Assembly (NCBI GenBank): GCA_977030845.1
Contig: OZ365110.1
Coordinates: forward strand, 20,832,001-20,896,000
Source of the DNA: Fimbriosthenelais zetlandica
Taxonomy: Eukaryota
Length of the DNA: 64,000 nt
Direction of reading: 5' to 3'
Shown: positions 49,724 to 62,500 of the stretch, piece by piece
Layout: each line of letters starts with the position of its first letter
How positions within the stretch are numbered: position 1 is the first letter of the stretch
Translations under genes and position numbers: made by a program
Notes under the pieces: generated by a model
What the model was told of the DNA's origin: nothing
Databases searched by the model: none
The model's input: only the letters and a program-made list of their open reading frames with translations

Positions 49724-50984
49724 TCAGTGCTCAAAGCTCCTCCCCAAATCATGGATTTGAACCACTGCTTCCCGACTCCATAGACAGAAAAACATGGTCG
49801 TGGTTAAAACCTCGGGATTGGGACTAAGATCGATCCTGTGGAAGATGGGCTTAAGAAGATTTGAGACAAAGGGAATGCCTATTGGCGGTGGAGCACATGG
49901 AAGCCTTACGAAGAAGTAAGGTAATTCCAAGGCAGGAGGAACATCTAAGAGAGTAGGACCATCAAAGCAACATGGAAATGAGAATATAGAGGCGTTTGTG
50001 CCTTTCAAATGAATTGTCTTCGCCTCTAATGCTAGGAGGGCCATAAACGGATGTTTGGAGCTTTTGGGATGATTGTTTTAAGATTAAGAGTGGTGGAGTC
50101 TCCTGCAAGGAGCTGAACATTGGCGAGTTTAGCTGAGAGGTTGAGACTGGCGGGTGCCTTGGAGCAGGCCATTACCTAATGATTGGGCACTTAGACTGGA
50201 CCACATTCATGTATGTTAGCAAACTGAAGGGTTAGGTCAATATTTACTACCAGCCATACTCCATCATCAACACTAAGGCCCTTGGCATATTGTTTACACT
50301 CAAGCAGCACAGAGGATTGTCCTTTCCTTGAAAACTAACTGGAAATCTCTGGTTCCATATCCCCAAAGAAGGGATAAAGCCTGGTTGTAGTGTAGTTGTA
50401 AAAAATTGTAAGGTGATTTGTTGTGCATGTCACAAAGTGCCATCCATTGCTTTCTCCTCAATTCAGAAGTGAAATGCCTTAATGGCCATCCATTTGTACG
50501 GTGCCTGTTGGACGGTGAGATGGAAGGATCTGGGGTGGCCCGCCTCTGGCCCCATCCAGTGTTTCTCTCCCTTGGTAGCATGCATCTCTCTCAGCCTCAG
50601 CCTCCACTGACAAGAATGGATGACCGCATCTCCAAGTGCTAAACCTCCTCGATAAATGCCCCTCAGACAAAATGGGAATATTCCCCCTGCTTTTATTGCA
50701 TGGCAGGTGATTTTGACGTGTTGGCAAGCCCCAGGGGTTTTATAGAAGCAGGAAGCGGGCGGTAGGAAAGGTCCAAAATGGTGGAGTGGATGATATCCTT
50801 CTCCGGTATCATCAGCTCTTAGCTCTTGGTTCTCCCGCAGAACGCTGGCCTGCCTGCTGGATTCCCACATCATAAAACACTGCATTAAATCATTGCTCTG
50901 ATCAGTTGACTTAAATGTCTCAGTTGTGGCCCTCTCGAGACTTATAAAATATGGTTTATAACCCCTGGGTGCTTCGGCCGACAT
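49724..50984 (-). mobile_element. Decayed coding remnant, possibly Ngaro/DIRS gag plus RT N-terminus
   Basis: Contains the longest ORF in the window (173 aa, with CFYKTPGACQH), followed downstream by FDGP...PPPIGIPFV...KPIFHRIDLSP, resembling Ngaro RT SPIG.VPK...FRLI.DLS.P. By eye only. Confidence 0.3.
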
Positions 50985-53900
50985 TTTACTACCTGTAACT
51001 ACACATACTTTGCACTACACACCTTAGGAAAATTTGTTCACAAGCTAACGACATTCTATGCTGCCTAGTTTTAGCTTTCAGTTACTTAAAACCCCACGTG
51101 GGCTGGTCAACACTTTTAGAATACTCTAGGATGCCTTGTATTCCCGTGGGGGATTTAAAACATGGGAAGGATTTTAAAGCATCTCTATAATGTACTTTTG
51201 ATGAACATCTTGAATTCATCATATCTATTACTTTCTTACTTTTTTACTCTCCTTTCATATATATATGTATTGGCTGAACATGGCAATACACCCATGCATC
51301 CTCCAGTCCTTTGACATATCTATATTATTTCTTATTCATCTGCTTTTCTCTGTTTTTACTTAATAATTATGGAGCAGCCATGTGTTTTCTGAGAAACTTT
51401 TGTGAGCTTCTTGCAGAGGATGGGTCCCTGAGTATTTTCTATGCCAAAAAATTACCCAGCTCCACTATTGCATGGCTTGATACTTCCGTGATGTAGAGGT
51501 ACTAATGCTTCAAAGCAACCGGAGCTCAAACAAGATTGAGGGAGGGAAAGACAAACTCAGGAAAGACAGACATCAGAGAAAACTCTGACATTTGAACAAT
51601 AATGTGAGGAAGGGCCGGGGGTGGTTTAAGTGGGCGACACGATAGCTCAGTACACCGAGGGAATGAGCTGTTGCAGTCGCAGTGCGAGTTGGTGAATGAT
51701 GAAAAATCCCAGACGCGGATCAAGCACCCGGCCATGGCAATGAAAATCCAATATTTGTACACCTTTGTGGGCCGTCCCAGGGCAGAGTTCCCAGTCCATG
51801 GAAGGAGGGGATCAAGCGATGGGACACTCCAGAACACCCCTTCAAAGCCTTTACTGGCCTCTCTAGGCGAACGAGACAGTACCGCCTAGTTTGGCTTGGG
51901 AAAGTTTACTGTGATGCATTTAACAGGGCCAATAGAGTAAATGTTCTTTCCTTTAGATCATAGCAAAAGTCCAATACGTAAGGCAGTCTCCATCATCCTT
52001 CATGGCCTTACAAGGCAACAGTCACACAGGAGCTAAGGGACTTAGACTAGCAATGAAAGAAAAATGTTGATAAAAGAGTCTTTAGTTAAATGTTTTGGCC
52101 TTTTGGAAGTTGTTGGTGCTTAAAAATGCCAATCTGGTCAAGGAGGTCATTTAGGTGGCTTTGTGAAGCAGAGGATCTAGACTAATGATACCACTTTGTG
52201 AAACATGAGTTCCAAATGGGTCGGGCTATCCCTCAAGTAGCCAGCCAATATGTACATTTCATTACAAGGGAACGCTTCGAAATAATCCCTCACTATGGGC
52301 ATCTATTGCCGGGATTAGAAGCAGATTCTTTCTGGGAGTTTTTGTTGTAGATATTAGGTAAGTTTCTATCCTTGAGTCGTTGATTAAAAGTTTCCATTTC
52401 TAACCATCTATACGGGTGAATGGAAGTTTGTTTATTTAGTATTATATATATAATGAGCCGTTTTATGGCAATCATTTACGACAGGCGATTAATGCAATAT
52501 GCATGCCTGGCTGAGCGAGCTCATGAAGCAAGAGTGGACATTGTACACAAGGAAGCATTGCTAAGGGCCTTGAGGAAATCAAGCTGGACAGGGTGCTTTG
52601 CTGGCTTGCTGCTGGTCAGCCATTCCGGAAGGCAACATCAGAAGCCTGCACACAAGTCTGAGTAGATACTTATCAGCCTGGTCTAGCGAGAAATTCAGAA
52701 AAAAGTTGGTTCTTATATGCTATTGTAAATTCAAGTCATAATCCCAGCTTGTTATTCTATCGGATATAAAAGTTCCATATAGCCTATAGAAAGTGCAGTT
52801 CCTAATAATATTGAAGTTTGAAAGAGGTGGGTCGTGAGGGTAGGGCGAAAGATGATAAACAGAATATATATGCTGCAGTGTGCATGTTGTCTGGTTGACT
52901 TGGTAGAATGAACTCAAGTGGAAGGATCCAAAGAGCCGGGACCTGAGATCACTGGACATTGCCTTCTGGGAGCGCCTGGCAGGCTGATGATATTGCAGAC
53001 TGGGATTTTCATCTCCCGCTTGAAGATGACCGCTGCCTTTGACAGCACGCCTTCTATATAAAAGTCTGTATGCTCATATTCACTGTGGATATTACATGGC
53101 TCCCATTGCCCAGCTCACCACTGTGCTTGAACATAGTGTCTCATTCATAATCAACAGACAACCAACATATTTGCATTCTGATAAAATTCTTTGACAACTT
53201 TGATGGATGGTGGCCCTTGCTGAATTCATTTTGAGCCACATCAGTCCTGCAGTAATTGGGGATTTCATATAAAAATGCTAACAAGGTAGCGTGATTGTGC
53301 AGGGAGCAAGCGGTGTGATAGAGGCCCATGCTCTCCGAGAGCGAAAATCCTGCGGGGGTTAGGCAATGGACGCCTCAGCCTTTGGGTGCTGTTTGACACC
53401 TTGGGCATCTCCTGCCAACCTTGCCCCAATCAAATTCTACTCGCTCCTTTTAGATGGCCTCCACTTTACAACCCCAATCTCAGCAAGGCTAGCTTGCTGC
53501 CGCTGACGAGCCGTCTACTGAACGCTCATTTTAACCGTCTATATAAGGCTGATGGTTGAACGACGAAGCCAACTTACGATGAGGTGCTACATCGCCCTGC
53601 CCTTCTTTCTATTTCAGTCGCCATTTCAAAGTCACGGACCAGTTTTATACTTATTTGGTTACGTACTGTAATTTCACTAAAGATATTTGTATATCCTATG
53701 CGGAGGTTCAGATAGACCTTCAGCATCATTGCTCACGTTTATGTTGAGATATTAATGCTGTAATGAGACACGTCTAGCTATAAGGTTTTACTATATAGTT
53801 GTACTGAAGAAATGTGTGTAGAAACGATATTAAATTTCAACCGGAGCTATAGTCTCTAAATCTGAAACCTTTACGAAAGTAAAATTACATGTAGTTTCCT

Positions 53901-55983
53901 TGGCTTACATAAAAGGACTTCTGACACAAGGACTCTTGTATTGAACGAAGCCACTTTAGTATGTCTATGCACTGTGATATATGGCTTACATACTGCGAAT
54001 TGTTAATTAGCCGCCAGTCCTCGCAGTGCAGCTAAATGTCCAAGGTATGCTATTAAAGAGCATTAACATTAAAAGCCGGTGGAATGCCGGGGCATATTAA
54101 CAAGGATGCTTTAATAGTTTTGCTATTCGTTGGCAGCGTTCCGGTGATTTGCCACTTTGGGAGATTGGCCACAGCAATATGCAGCGCAATTAGAGTGAAG
54201 TTTAATTAACACACTGCACCCAATCCTGGTGAGTGAGATTGGCTTATGGATGCATGGTAAATTGAAGTACCTTAGGTCCTCACGTACATTAAATTGAGCT
54301 AGCATTACCAGACATTGGTAAGTAAGCAGGCACCTGCTCTTGCCACTTTAGCACCCACCACCCTCTTGCAAATTAAAAACTCTTACATCCGAGCGGAAAA
54401 AAACATGTGGGGCTCAGTTTACTCAAGTTCCGATTACCTGTATGTCTATAGGTCCATACTGGGACATTTTTATTGATGAGCTATTTGTTAAATTGTTAAA
54501 GCTCTTATGTCCTGCCGTTGCCTTGGATACGACGGGGGTGAGAGCGATGAAGCAGTATTTTCAACCCAGGTAGATCTGGTTAAATGATCTGAACACAGTT
54601 CTATACGCGTGACATAGCGATCGCAATTAGTGGCAGCATCACGTTGAAAGGCCACAATTACTGCCCCGCCAACACCATTTATATCAATAGCCTTCAAGTG
54701 TGAAATGAACATGCTAATGAGGCCCGTTCCCAGGCAGTGCACTTTTTCAGCACTTGGTAACAAGCGGATTTGTGGTTTGAATCAATATCCCCTATTTCAG
54801 CTGGGAGCCATTGCCCACTTTTTATCAGAGAAGAATGGAAAGTACTGAATATTAATCCTCATTCAGTATTACTAAAATCCTCTAATTTAATTGGATGGGA
54901 ACGGAAAACAGATTAGGTGGAGGGAAACAGGCGGATAGCCCTCCGCTATTTCAGCTTCAATTCAAATTAATCCACTTACGGCTGGGCTACCGTTACACTT
55001 TAGAAGGTGGTTGGAAAGAAGGATGGAGTTCCACTATCCCAGACCAAGCGGGCGTGTGTTGGTGTAACTCTCCCCTGACAGCCATTAAGCCTGCTATACC
55101 CATTTGTCTATGATTTATATCTGTGTCATATAACTCTTGTTGCCTGTATTGCTGTCCCATCGCCGCTAGACGACAGTTCCTAGAATCAGTGAGCAAACAC
55201 TACATTTTTCCCATCCGTTATCAGGGAGGCCGATAAGGAAGGAGAGATGGAGTATGATATCATTGAGAGAAGGTAGCATTGTAAAACATGGCCGATTGGC
55301 TGGTGACTGACTGAGGCCAGCCTGCTTTGCCCTTCTCCCGGAGCCCTTCCCTTTAGGAACCATGCCAATTAGACATCATAGGCTCCAAACGATCTAATCA
55401 CTTCCCATCTGGTCTGCTCAGATCGTTAATCATGATAACCAAGGCTTCGCCTCGCCCCTTCTTGCTGGCCGGGGGGTTAATTTACCTCACACACTCTGCA
55501 GCTCCCTCTGCCTTTGCCTTCCCTCACCAGCGCCCATTGCTCACACCACCAATGCAGCCACTGCCTCATCAGCGTCCCTCTAAAAGTCAATCAGCCCTGC
55601 CGGCCAATTTATGGCTTCTGCTAAACTTTATTGCCATTCTAACGTCTGATTAATCGATGGTCAATTGTGCTTTATGAGTTTCGATCCCTGCAGCAAAACG
55701 GAAATATTGATAAGCATTAATTTTGTCAATGGTTCCTGTCATATTTTAATGTCCCCGCCCCCTGTGGTAAATTTCAAAGCACCGTGTAAAACTTATCATT
55801 TTGACTAATGGGACACGAGGAAAAAAGCTGGTAAAATTGTAATGGACGAAGTTTGTCAGGGCTTTGAGTCGATATAATGAGCATATCCTGCAAGGTTGAC
55901 TTTTTCAGAAAGTTTATTCTCATAAAAATACCAGCATTCTCGACCTACAATGCATGGTTTATGGGGAAAATACTTCCCTTTTA

Positions 55984-56043
55984 TTCATTTGCAATGACTT
56001 TTTACATAAGGGTTTCATTTGCAATGACTTTTTATATAAGGGT
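55984..56043. repeat. 30-bp tandem duplication (2 units, 1 mismatch)
   Basis: ttcatttgcaatgactttttacataagggt followed by ttcatttgcaatgactttttatataagggt. Confidence 0.9.
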
Positions 56044-56203
56044 TTTGCTCGCTGTCCCATTCATCTATGACAATGTGCCATGTGATCTGTACCATCTGTA
56101 AAATCTTTCTTTCCAGAAAAGGGATATCCCCATCACACATTCATAATCAAAGGATACACCTCCCTTTACTCATATAGAAATGTATGTTTTTTTTGTGTTG
56201 CAG

Positions 56204-56333
56204 GATGTCGTAGAGTACAGGAAGAAGCAGCGGATCCTGCGAGTGAGGATGTTGGATGGGTCTGTGAAGACGCTACAGGTGGATGACAGTCATACGGTGG
56301 CCCAACTGATGATAACCATCTGCTTCCGTATAG
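56204..56333 (+). CDS. TLN1: Talin, coding exon 3 (F1 subdomain)
   Basis: Acceptor ttttgtgttgcAG and donor TAG|GTAAGA; 130 nt, phase 0 to 1. Gives DVVEYRKKQRILRVRMLDGSVKTLQVDDSHTVAQLMITICFRI(G) versus human DTMEYRKKQRPLKIRMLDGTVKTIMVDDSKTVTDMLMTICARIG. Confidence 0.97.
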
Positions 56334-59300
56334 GTAAGAGAAGCTGAGAACATAAACAAATTATCATATAACATAGCTTGCCTTAATGATGCTACCTCCT
56401 CTCCTCCGGGCTTTCCCTCAGGTGTATACAATTACAGAGGCATTCTCTTTACTTAGCAAGGCCAAAAATATTGTATCTTGTATGTTTTGGAGTTTCCTTC
56501 CGAAAATGTACGGAGACCAGGGATTTGCTTCCTGTATGTCCCTAGCACTTGCATTTCGAATGTGCGTTTCGTTTCCATATATGGAGTAACTCTAAATAGG
56601 TTAACTGAATTTCATATCTAATAGGTCTATAATCCCCCCCTGACACCCCTTTCTCCCCTGTCCAATATGCAGTGGATATTTGTTTTGCTCTGTAGGCTCG
56701 AGTTGCAGGTAACACCTTTTATGGCATCTCTAGCCTTGGCCGCGTCGGCCTGACTCTCGCCTGCTGACATGTACCATTGCCACCTACTACTCACAGACTG
56801 TAAAGAGGCTGTGAATTACTGCCGTCTACCTCCCGTAATTACATTAGCCCAGCGTTGAAATGTCATCATTACAACTCAAGCTGGGCTCATGATATATGAG
56901 TAGCAGTTTATAATCTGTGTACTGCTTATTGCTCTAGTTGTGAAGAAGATTATTCTCATGTATTTGTTCATTTTTCCCATCGGAATTGATGGCTTATGGC
57001 CGCCTGTGTACATCACTGATGGGATTGCTGCTATTCTCTCTCTCACTGTGTGTGTGTATTCACTCACAGTTGTGCTATCCGTAAGGACGATTATATAGAA
57101 GATGATTAAGTGATTAAAGTCTGCCTCCTAGATTAGCAATCATTCTCTGTATGGGGAATTCCCTTTTAATATTGCCCATAAACGAGTTGAGCGAAGAGAA
57201 AATCCCCAATCCCCAAGGCAGATGCGGCTTTGCTGCTGTTCACTGTGGGCAATGGTAATGTATGTGAAATTTCATCAATGATATTCAAAGGTCTAAAGAA
57301 CTAAATGGTAATAATCTTATATTAGATTAATAGAACACCTGCAACTAAGTTGCTTAATTAACATATGTCACAGTCTGGAGACAAAAGTTTACAACAGTGA
57401 ACCAATGCTTACATTGAATGAAATTGTAAGAGCGCATTGTTTTGCAGTCTATGAAATTCATTCACATTTTAAAGCAATTGGAACCTTCAAGGTTCAGTGA
57501 TCACTATTCTCGTATCGTGTGAGGAGTTTTGTTGATTAATGACTACCTGCTCCTGAAACACGATAAGGTGCTACTTACACTGGTAGACTTGGCAGGTAGC
57601 CGTGTTAAAATGCTTCACAGGCAAGTAATAGCAGGCCGGCTGTGTTGACGCTGAGTGGGAGGGAGATAAGAGGAGGAAACCTTAACTGGGAACCTAGCTC
57701 TGCCGGGAGACTAGGGTTGCACCTTGTAAATTCAGTAGTCGCAAGCTGGGAGCCCTACCCCATTCCTCATGGGAGGACGGCAGGAGGGAACTCGGCACGA
57801 GGTAAAATATTTGTTGGTTTGTTGTAGAGGATGAAAGTGTCCGGTAGCAGGGTTCAGTGAAAAATACCTTGCTTCCACGCTGATTGCTTTCCCACCGCCT
57901 CAGACACAAGGTTAGGTGAAGGTCAATTAAAATGAGAAGCCCTCTTGGATGGAGATTGCAAGACTAGTAGATATCAGGGTGAGAAATGGGAAGATGATGG
58001 GGCTATGGATGGAAATTCTGTATATCACCAGGTCATTCATAGTTGAGATGAAATTGCCATCTCCGAGCAACAGGTCGGTAAGCTGTGAATTTAGCTAATG
58101 TGGTAAAATCAATCTAAATATAATTAGAAATGATAGGCATGTTTACAGCTCTGGAAATGGGGACAGGAGGTCAGAGACGGATGTTAAAAATACTGTAATG
58201 CTAATGAAAACCCCAGTTGAATGGCTTTAAGAATGACTTGTGTTTCCATTTCATCTCGGGCAGTGAAGGATTAGATTATCAAATGAACTTGATGCCAGGC
58301 TGGGTGACCTTGTATTTATAGCTGGTGTCGGGTTCTCGTGTTATTAGAGGCCATGGCAAAACGTGCCTTGACGCCTCCTTCTGGCCGCCTATTTATTATG
58401 TACATCAATTCGCGCTTCAGGGCTTTCCGGCGCAGGCAAGGTCAGTAATCCTCTCGCAGGACGCCTCAACTCATGTTCATATGTATAGATCAGGGATACA
58501 TTACCACCCTGGTGTACTTATCGTTATGTCCCTAACATACATCACATTCCCTTATAAACCAGTTGTGGGCTTGGTCCTCCTTCTTCACAGACCATACCAT
58601 GTACGACTACTCCTAAAATAATGAATTATTCAAACCCGGTGATCTCTATACATTTATAAGTTAATTTTGCTTGGTTCTTTTTAAAAATAGGCGACTGGCT
58701 TGAGAATTCCAGCGATATTTAAATTAAAAATAACATGTAACAAAAAATAGAAAATCTCCCATGTAAGCTGATTGTTGAAAGATACATAAACGTCACCAAG
58801 TGGGTGGAAAAAAATACATTGAGAAAAATTCATGGCAACAGTTTTGTATAGTGAAAAATATCTTTAGCTTGGAAAACATTGGAAGTAAGGTAATTAAGAT
58901 GCCTTTTATGGTCTTCCTGTCATAATACTTTCATTGTAGCGAGATAATGGAAAACAAAGACCCTTTACTGTCACTTCATGATTGAAGTAATTTGATCATG
59001 AAATTAGGAATAGGAGGACAAGAAGAGTAAAAATAGGTAACTGAATTTGAAATGGAGATAAGGTATGGCTCAAAAGACCAACAATGAAAATCAGGTAATG
59101 GTAGCTATGGCAATCATGCACTTTGTCCCTTGCTCCTAGTCATTTCTTTATAAGTCTTCTATGTTGAAATGTGAATAGGCCTCTGTATTTTGTATAGGCA
59201 ATAAATGGATATGAAGCTTTTTGTGCTTTATGGCTGAAAGTGGCTCACCGAAAATTCTTGGCTGATGCTTTTATTCAAAACATCAAGGTATATGTTGGGC

Positions 59301-59395
59301 ATAATGCCATGAGGAAAAAACGTTGTTCAGGTATCCTTGAATGTAACAGTTTTTGTCATGCCGCTATTTCAATGAAAATGTTTTTGTTGCTGCAG

Positions 59396-59545
59396 GTATA
59401 ACCCACCATGAAGAGTATTCTCTTGTACAAGAACTGCCGGAAGATGAGAAGCTAAAAACACTCACCCTCAAACGAGACAGGTCAATAGCGAAAGATCAAA
59501 AGAAACTGGACGAGATGAAAAGGAAGTTGCACACTGACGATGAAT
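59396..59545 (+). CDS. TLN1: Talin, coding exon 4 (F1 loop)
   Basis: Acceptor ttgttgctgcAG and donor AAT|GTAAGT; 150 nt, phase 1 to 1. Gives (G)ITHHEEYSLVQELPEDEKLKTLTLKRDRSIAKDQKKLDEMKRKLHTDDE(L) versus human GITNHDEYSLVRELMEEKKEEGTGTLKKDKTLLRDEKKMEKLKQKLHTDDEL. Confidence 0.97.
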
Positions 59546-62500
59546 GTAAGTTCGCACACTTTTACTCCTTTAAGGCATCTCTTAACACATCACCTTAGTT
59601 ACAAATATGTTAATGTCCCATTGTCCAGGAAGTGTTTTTTTTTCTTGGTTTTTAATTTATTTGAAGGTGAGACATCAGTAATGGTTCACGTAATCATCAA
59701 CACTTTTTCTCTATTCTGGATTATTGTTTCAATTCCATTGGATATTGCTTGAAGGTTTAGTTTGACCTTTTGCCATGAATTTGTTGTTGACGTTTTAAGA
59801 GTGATTTACAAAATGATTGGATGAACTGTAACTGCGGAAGCTTCATTCAGTCAAGATTTTCCATAGTAATTTAAGCATGTGCCTTAAAATATTATTCAAT
59901 CTTGGTTGTAAAAATGCTTTTAAAATGATATGCCTGGGATTTCCGGTGATTTCGTGAAATTTCTCCTGCATTTCACTGAGCATTGATCCAAAAGACATGT
60001 ATATTTAAAAGAAATTAGACAGAATTGAGTCCTTTGAGGATGCATCCTCTTTTACTTCCCATTAATATGGACTATGCTTCTGTCCTTAGGGAAGGCAGGG
60101 TAGAGGAATGAATGCATTATGATTATTTGGCTTTGGAATAAGGATTTATTTCATTTCCCTCACTGTGTGTGTACAGATATCAGAGAATATAATTGATTCA
60201 AGCTTTCTTTGTGAAATATTATTACAATCCTCCACATGGCGTTGCGTGTCTTGCTGATTACCCTTATTTGAACGTCCTAGGCTCTCACGGTCCCTTGACA
60301 TTAATGCAATAATTGTTTAAAAGTGGCGAGAAGTTTATTTTCCCTACAGCCTGCAGTCAGTGCGAACGGCCTTTGCAGAGAGTGAGGAAGGGCGGGCGTG
60401 TTAAAAGCAACCTGCCTCTGCGAACCTGCGAATGCTCGTTTTGAAATGACATCTACATGTACTGGGAATGTTGTATCGATTTCTTCCTACCTATCAATTC
60501 CTTGTTATGCATCAGGCAGGGATTATTCTCTTTCTCGCCTCGTTATAAACACAAGCCCAGTAAGGGCCAGTCATGCATTCAGAACACGGATGTAATCAGG
60601 ACCTTTCCTACTCATGTTTTACACGTCAGCAATGCCTGCATCAGAAATGTATGCAGACTCATGCTGCTATCCTTACTCAATTCCATCATTTCAAATCCAG
60701 CAGCTTCTGTATAAAAACCATGCAGCATTTGCTCTTGTGCGCTCCCGATCTAAAAATGTTGTGTCATTATTTGTGTCATTTAGAAAAGTAGGAATTGATA
60801 ACATCCATTTGAAGGTTGTAAATATGGCGTGCCACTCTTCCATATTTGGAGAGTAATAGGATCTTGGATCAGCCATTAGAATCATAGGCGCCTCTACTTA
60901 AAGCCAAGTAGATGATTGGGTATCTATTGCCAAGATTATGAAGACCTTTGCACCTTTTTTGTCGGGGTTGATATTACAAATGATATTGCTATCTTAGCAA
61001 TCATCTGAGGAGAAAAAACTTAGATATGGAAGGTCAGAAACGGAAAATGTCTGGCATCCATAGTTTATTTGTGCTATAATCATTTTACATTGCTCGGCAC
61101 AGTAATTGCTACAGGGAGTCTATAAATATGCTTTGCTCGCGAGGTGAAGAATTATTGCTTCTTTGTCTAAAATTGCTTGGTTGGCAATATTTCTATAGCT
61201 GGAACATCTGACTTAGTAATTACATATGTACATATAATATGCATAGTATGGTTTTATCCTCAAAAGCCAGAAATCAATTCCATGGACATCATTGTAAGGG
61301 AACGTCTTGCATATAGACCCTAACCTACAGTGTTACTGCATATAGTTTAAGGCATTTGGTGAGATCCATGAGGCCCCTGCATGACTCTAATCCCACACCT
61401 GTCATCCTTTTCAGTGGATAAGAGTCAGCATCTTTGGTGAATAGGTCTAATTGATGGGTCAATGCATATCTCCAGACAATGGAGCCATCACCCTGCACCT
61501 CAAACCGACCTTGAACCGACACGAATGGCATTCAGCGAGTCCAAGCAGAGAGAATCAATGGAAGGGAGGGGATGGACCGGGGGAAGGAGAGTAACCTGGG
61601 GTGATCTAAATAGGCTGATGGCTTATATAGGCCGTTATATCACACAGGCTACATTACATCACAACTAGGTTGGCCAGGCTTAATGTACACGCCATTGTTC
61701 ATTGTTCAGTCTTCACTAAAGCTTCATCAGCACCAGGCCTTCATGGACATGGAGGAAGGGGCTGTATATGGAATGAATGGCAGGAGTGTTAATTTGAACA
61801 GCACTTTGAAATTCAGTGTATAATGAATGAGGGATGGTAATTTGAATATAAGCCTGAAATGTCTGTCTAGTGTTCCTAATGAAAGAGATATGAGGAGCTA
61901 GCTGTTTATAGCCGGGTTTGTGGAAATTAGTCATGATCCACATTCTTGCATTTCCATCTGAATTAATTCATCCTCCACTGGGAGATCCAATAATTAATTA
62001 GCTTTCAATTTCTTTAATTGCAAGGGTCCGATAGCTTTATTTGTTGTATGCCCCAGGTCATAAAACAAAATTCAAGTATCCAATGTTATTACTGAATAAA
62101 TAGAAAATGGAATGTGAATAGTAGGACAGATGTTCCTCTAATAATTTTTCATAACGCAATTTCAATTCGATATTTGGGCTCTCCGAGGCATCTGTTATCT
62201 ATTTTTCTTCTATATGTTCGACATTGATATAGCTGTATGGTTCAAGAGTACCAGACGTGAGTTCTCACTTCCTGTTGACCACCCATATCACAAGACAAAA
62301 CTAAAGGCAAACCCTCGATGAAGGGAAAGGGAATATCCTCTAAATGTCAAATTGCCATTGTTGCTGTGGATGGTACAGGGGGTGCTACAGCTACTTGGAG
62401 CTACCTGACCTTGACTGGCTCATGAGTAGCTCACTGATGTTGCTCAAAGCAGCAGAGCAAGCCTGGGGAGAAGAGCAGAAAAATATTCTGATTGCCCTGA

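Noticed and set aside
58902-60849. CArG boxes CCTTTTATGG (58902) and CCATATTTGG (60840); MEF2-type CTAAAAATAG (49341) and TTAAAAATAG (58681)
   Set aside because: Attractive because vertebrate TLN1 is an SRF target, but several such matches are expected by chance in 64 kb of this composition.
61325-61531. Minus ORF with QLDLFTK, like the DIRS IDLFA motif
   Set aside because: A single short word with no supporting neighbouring motifs.
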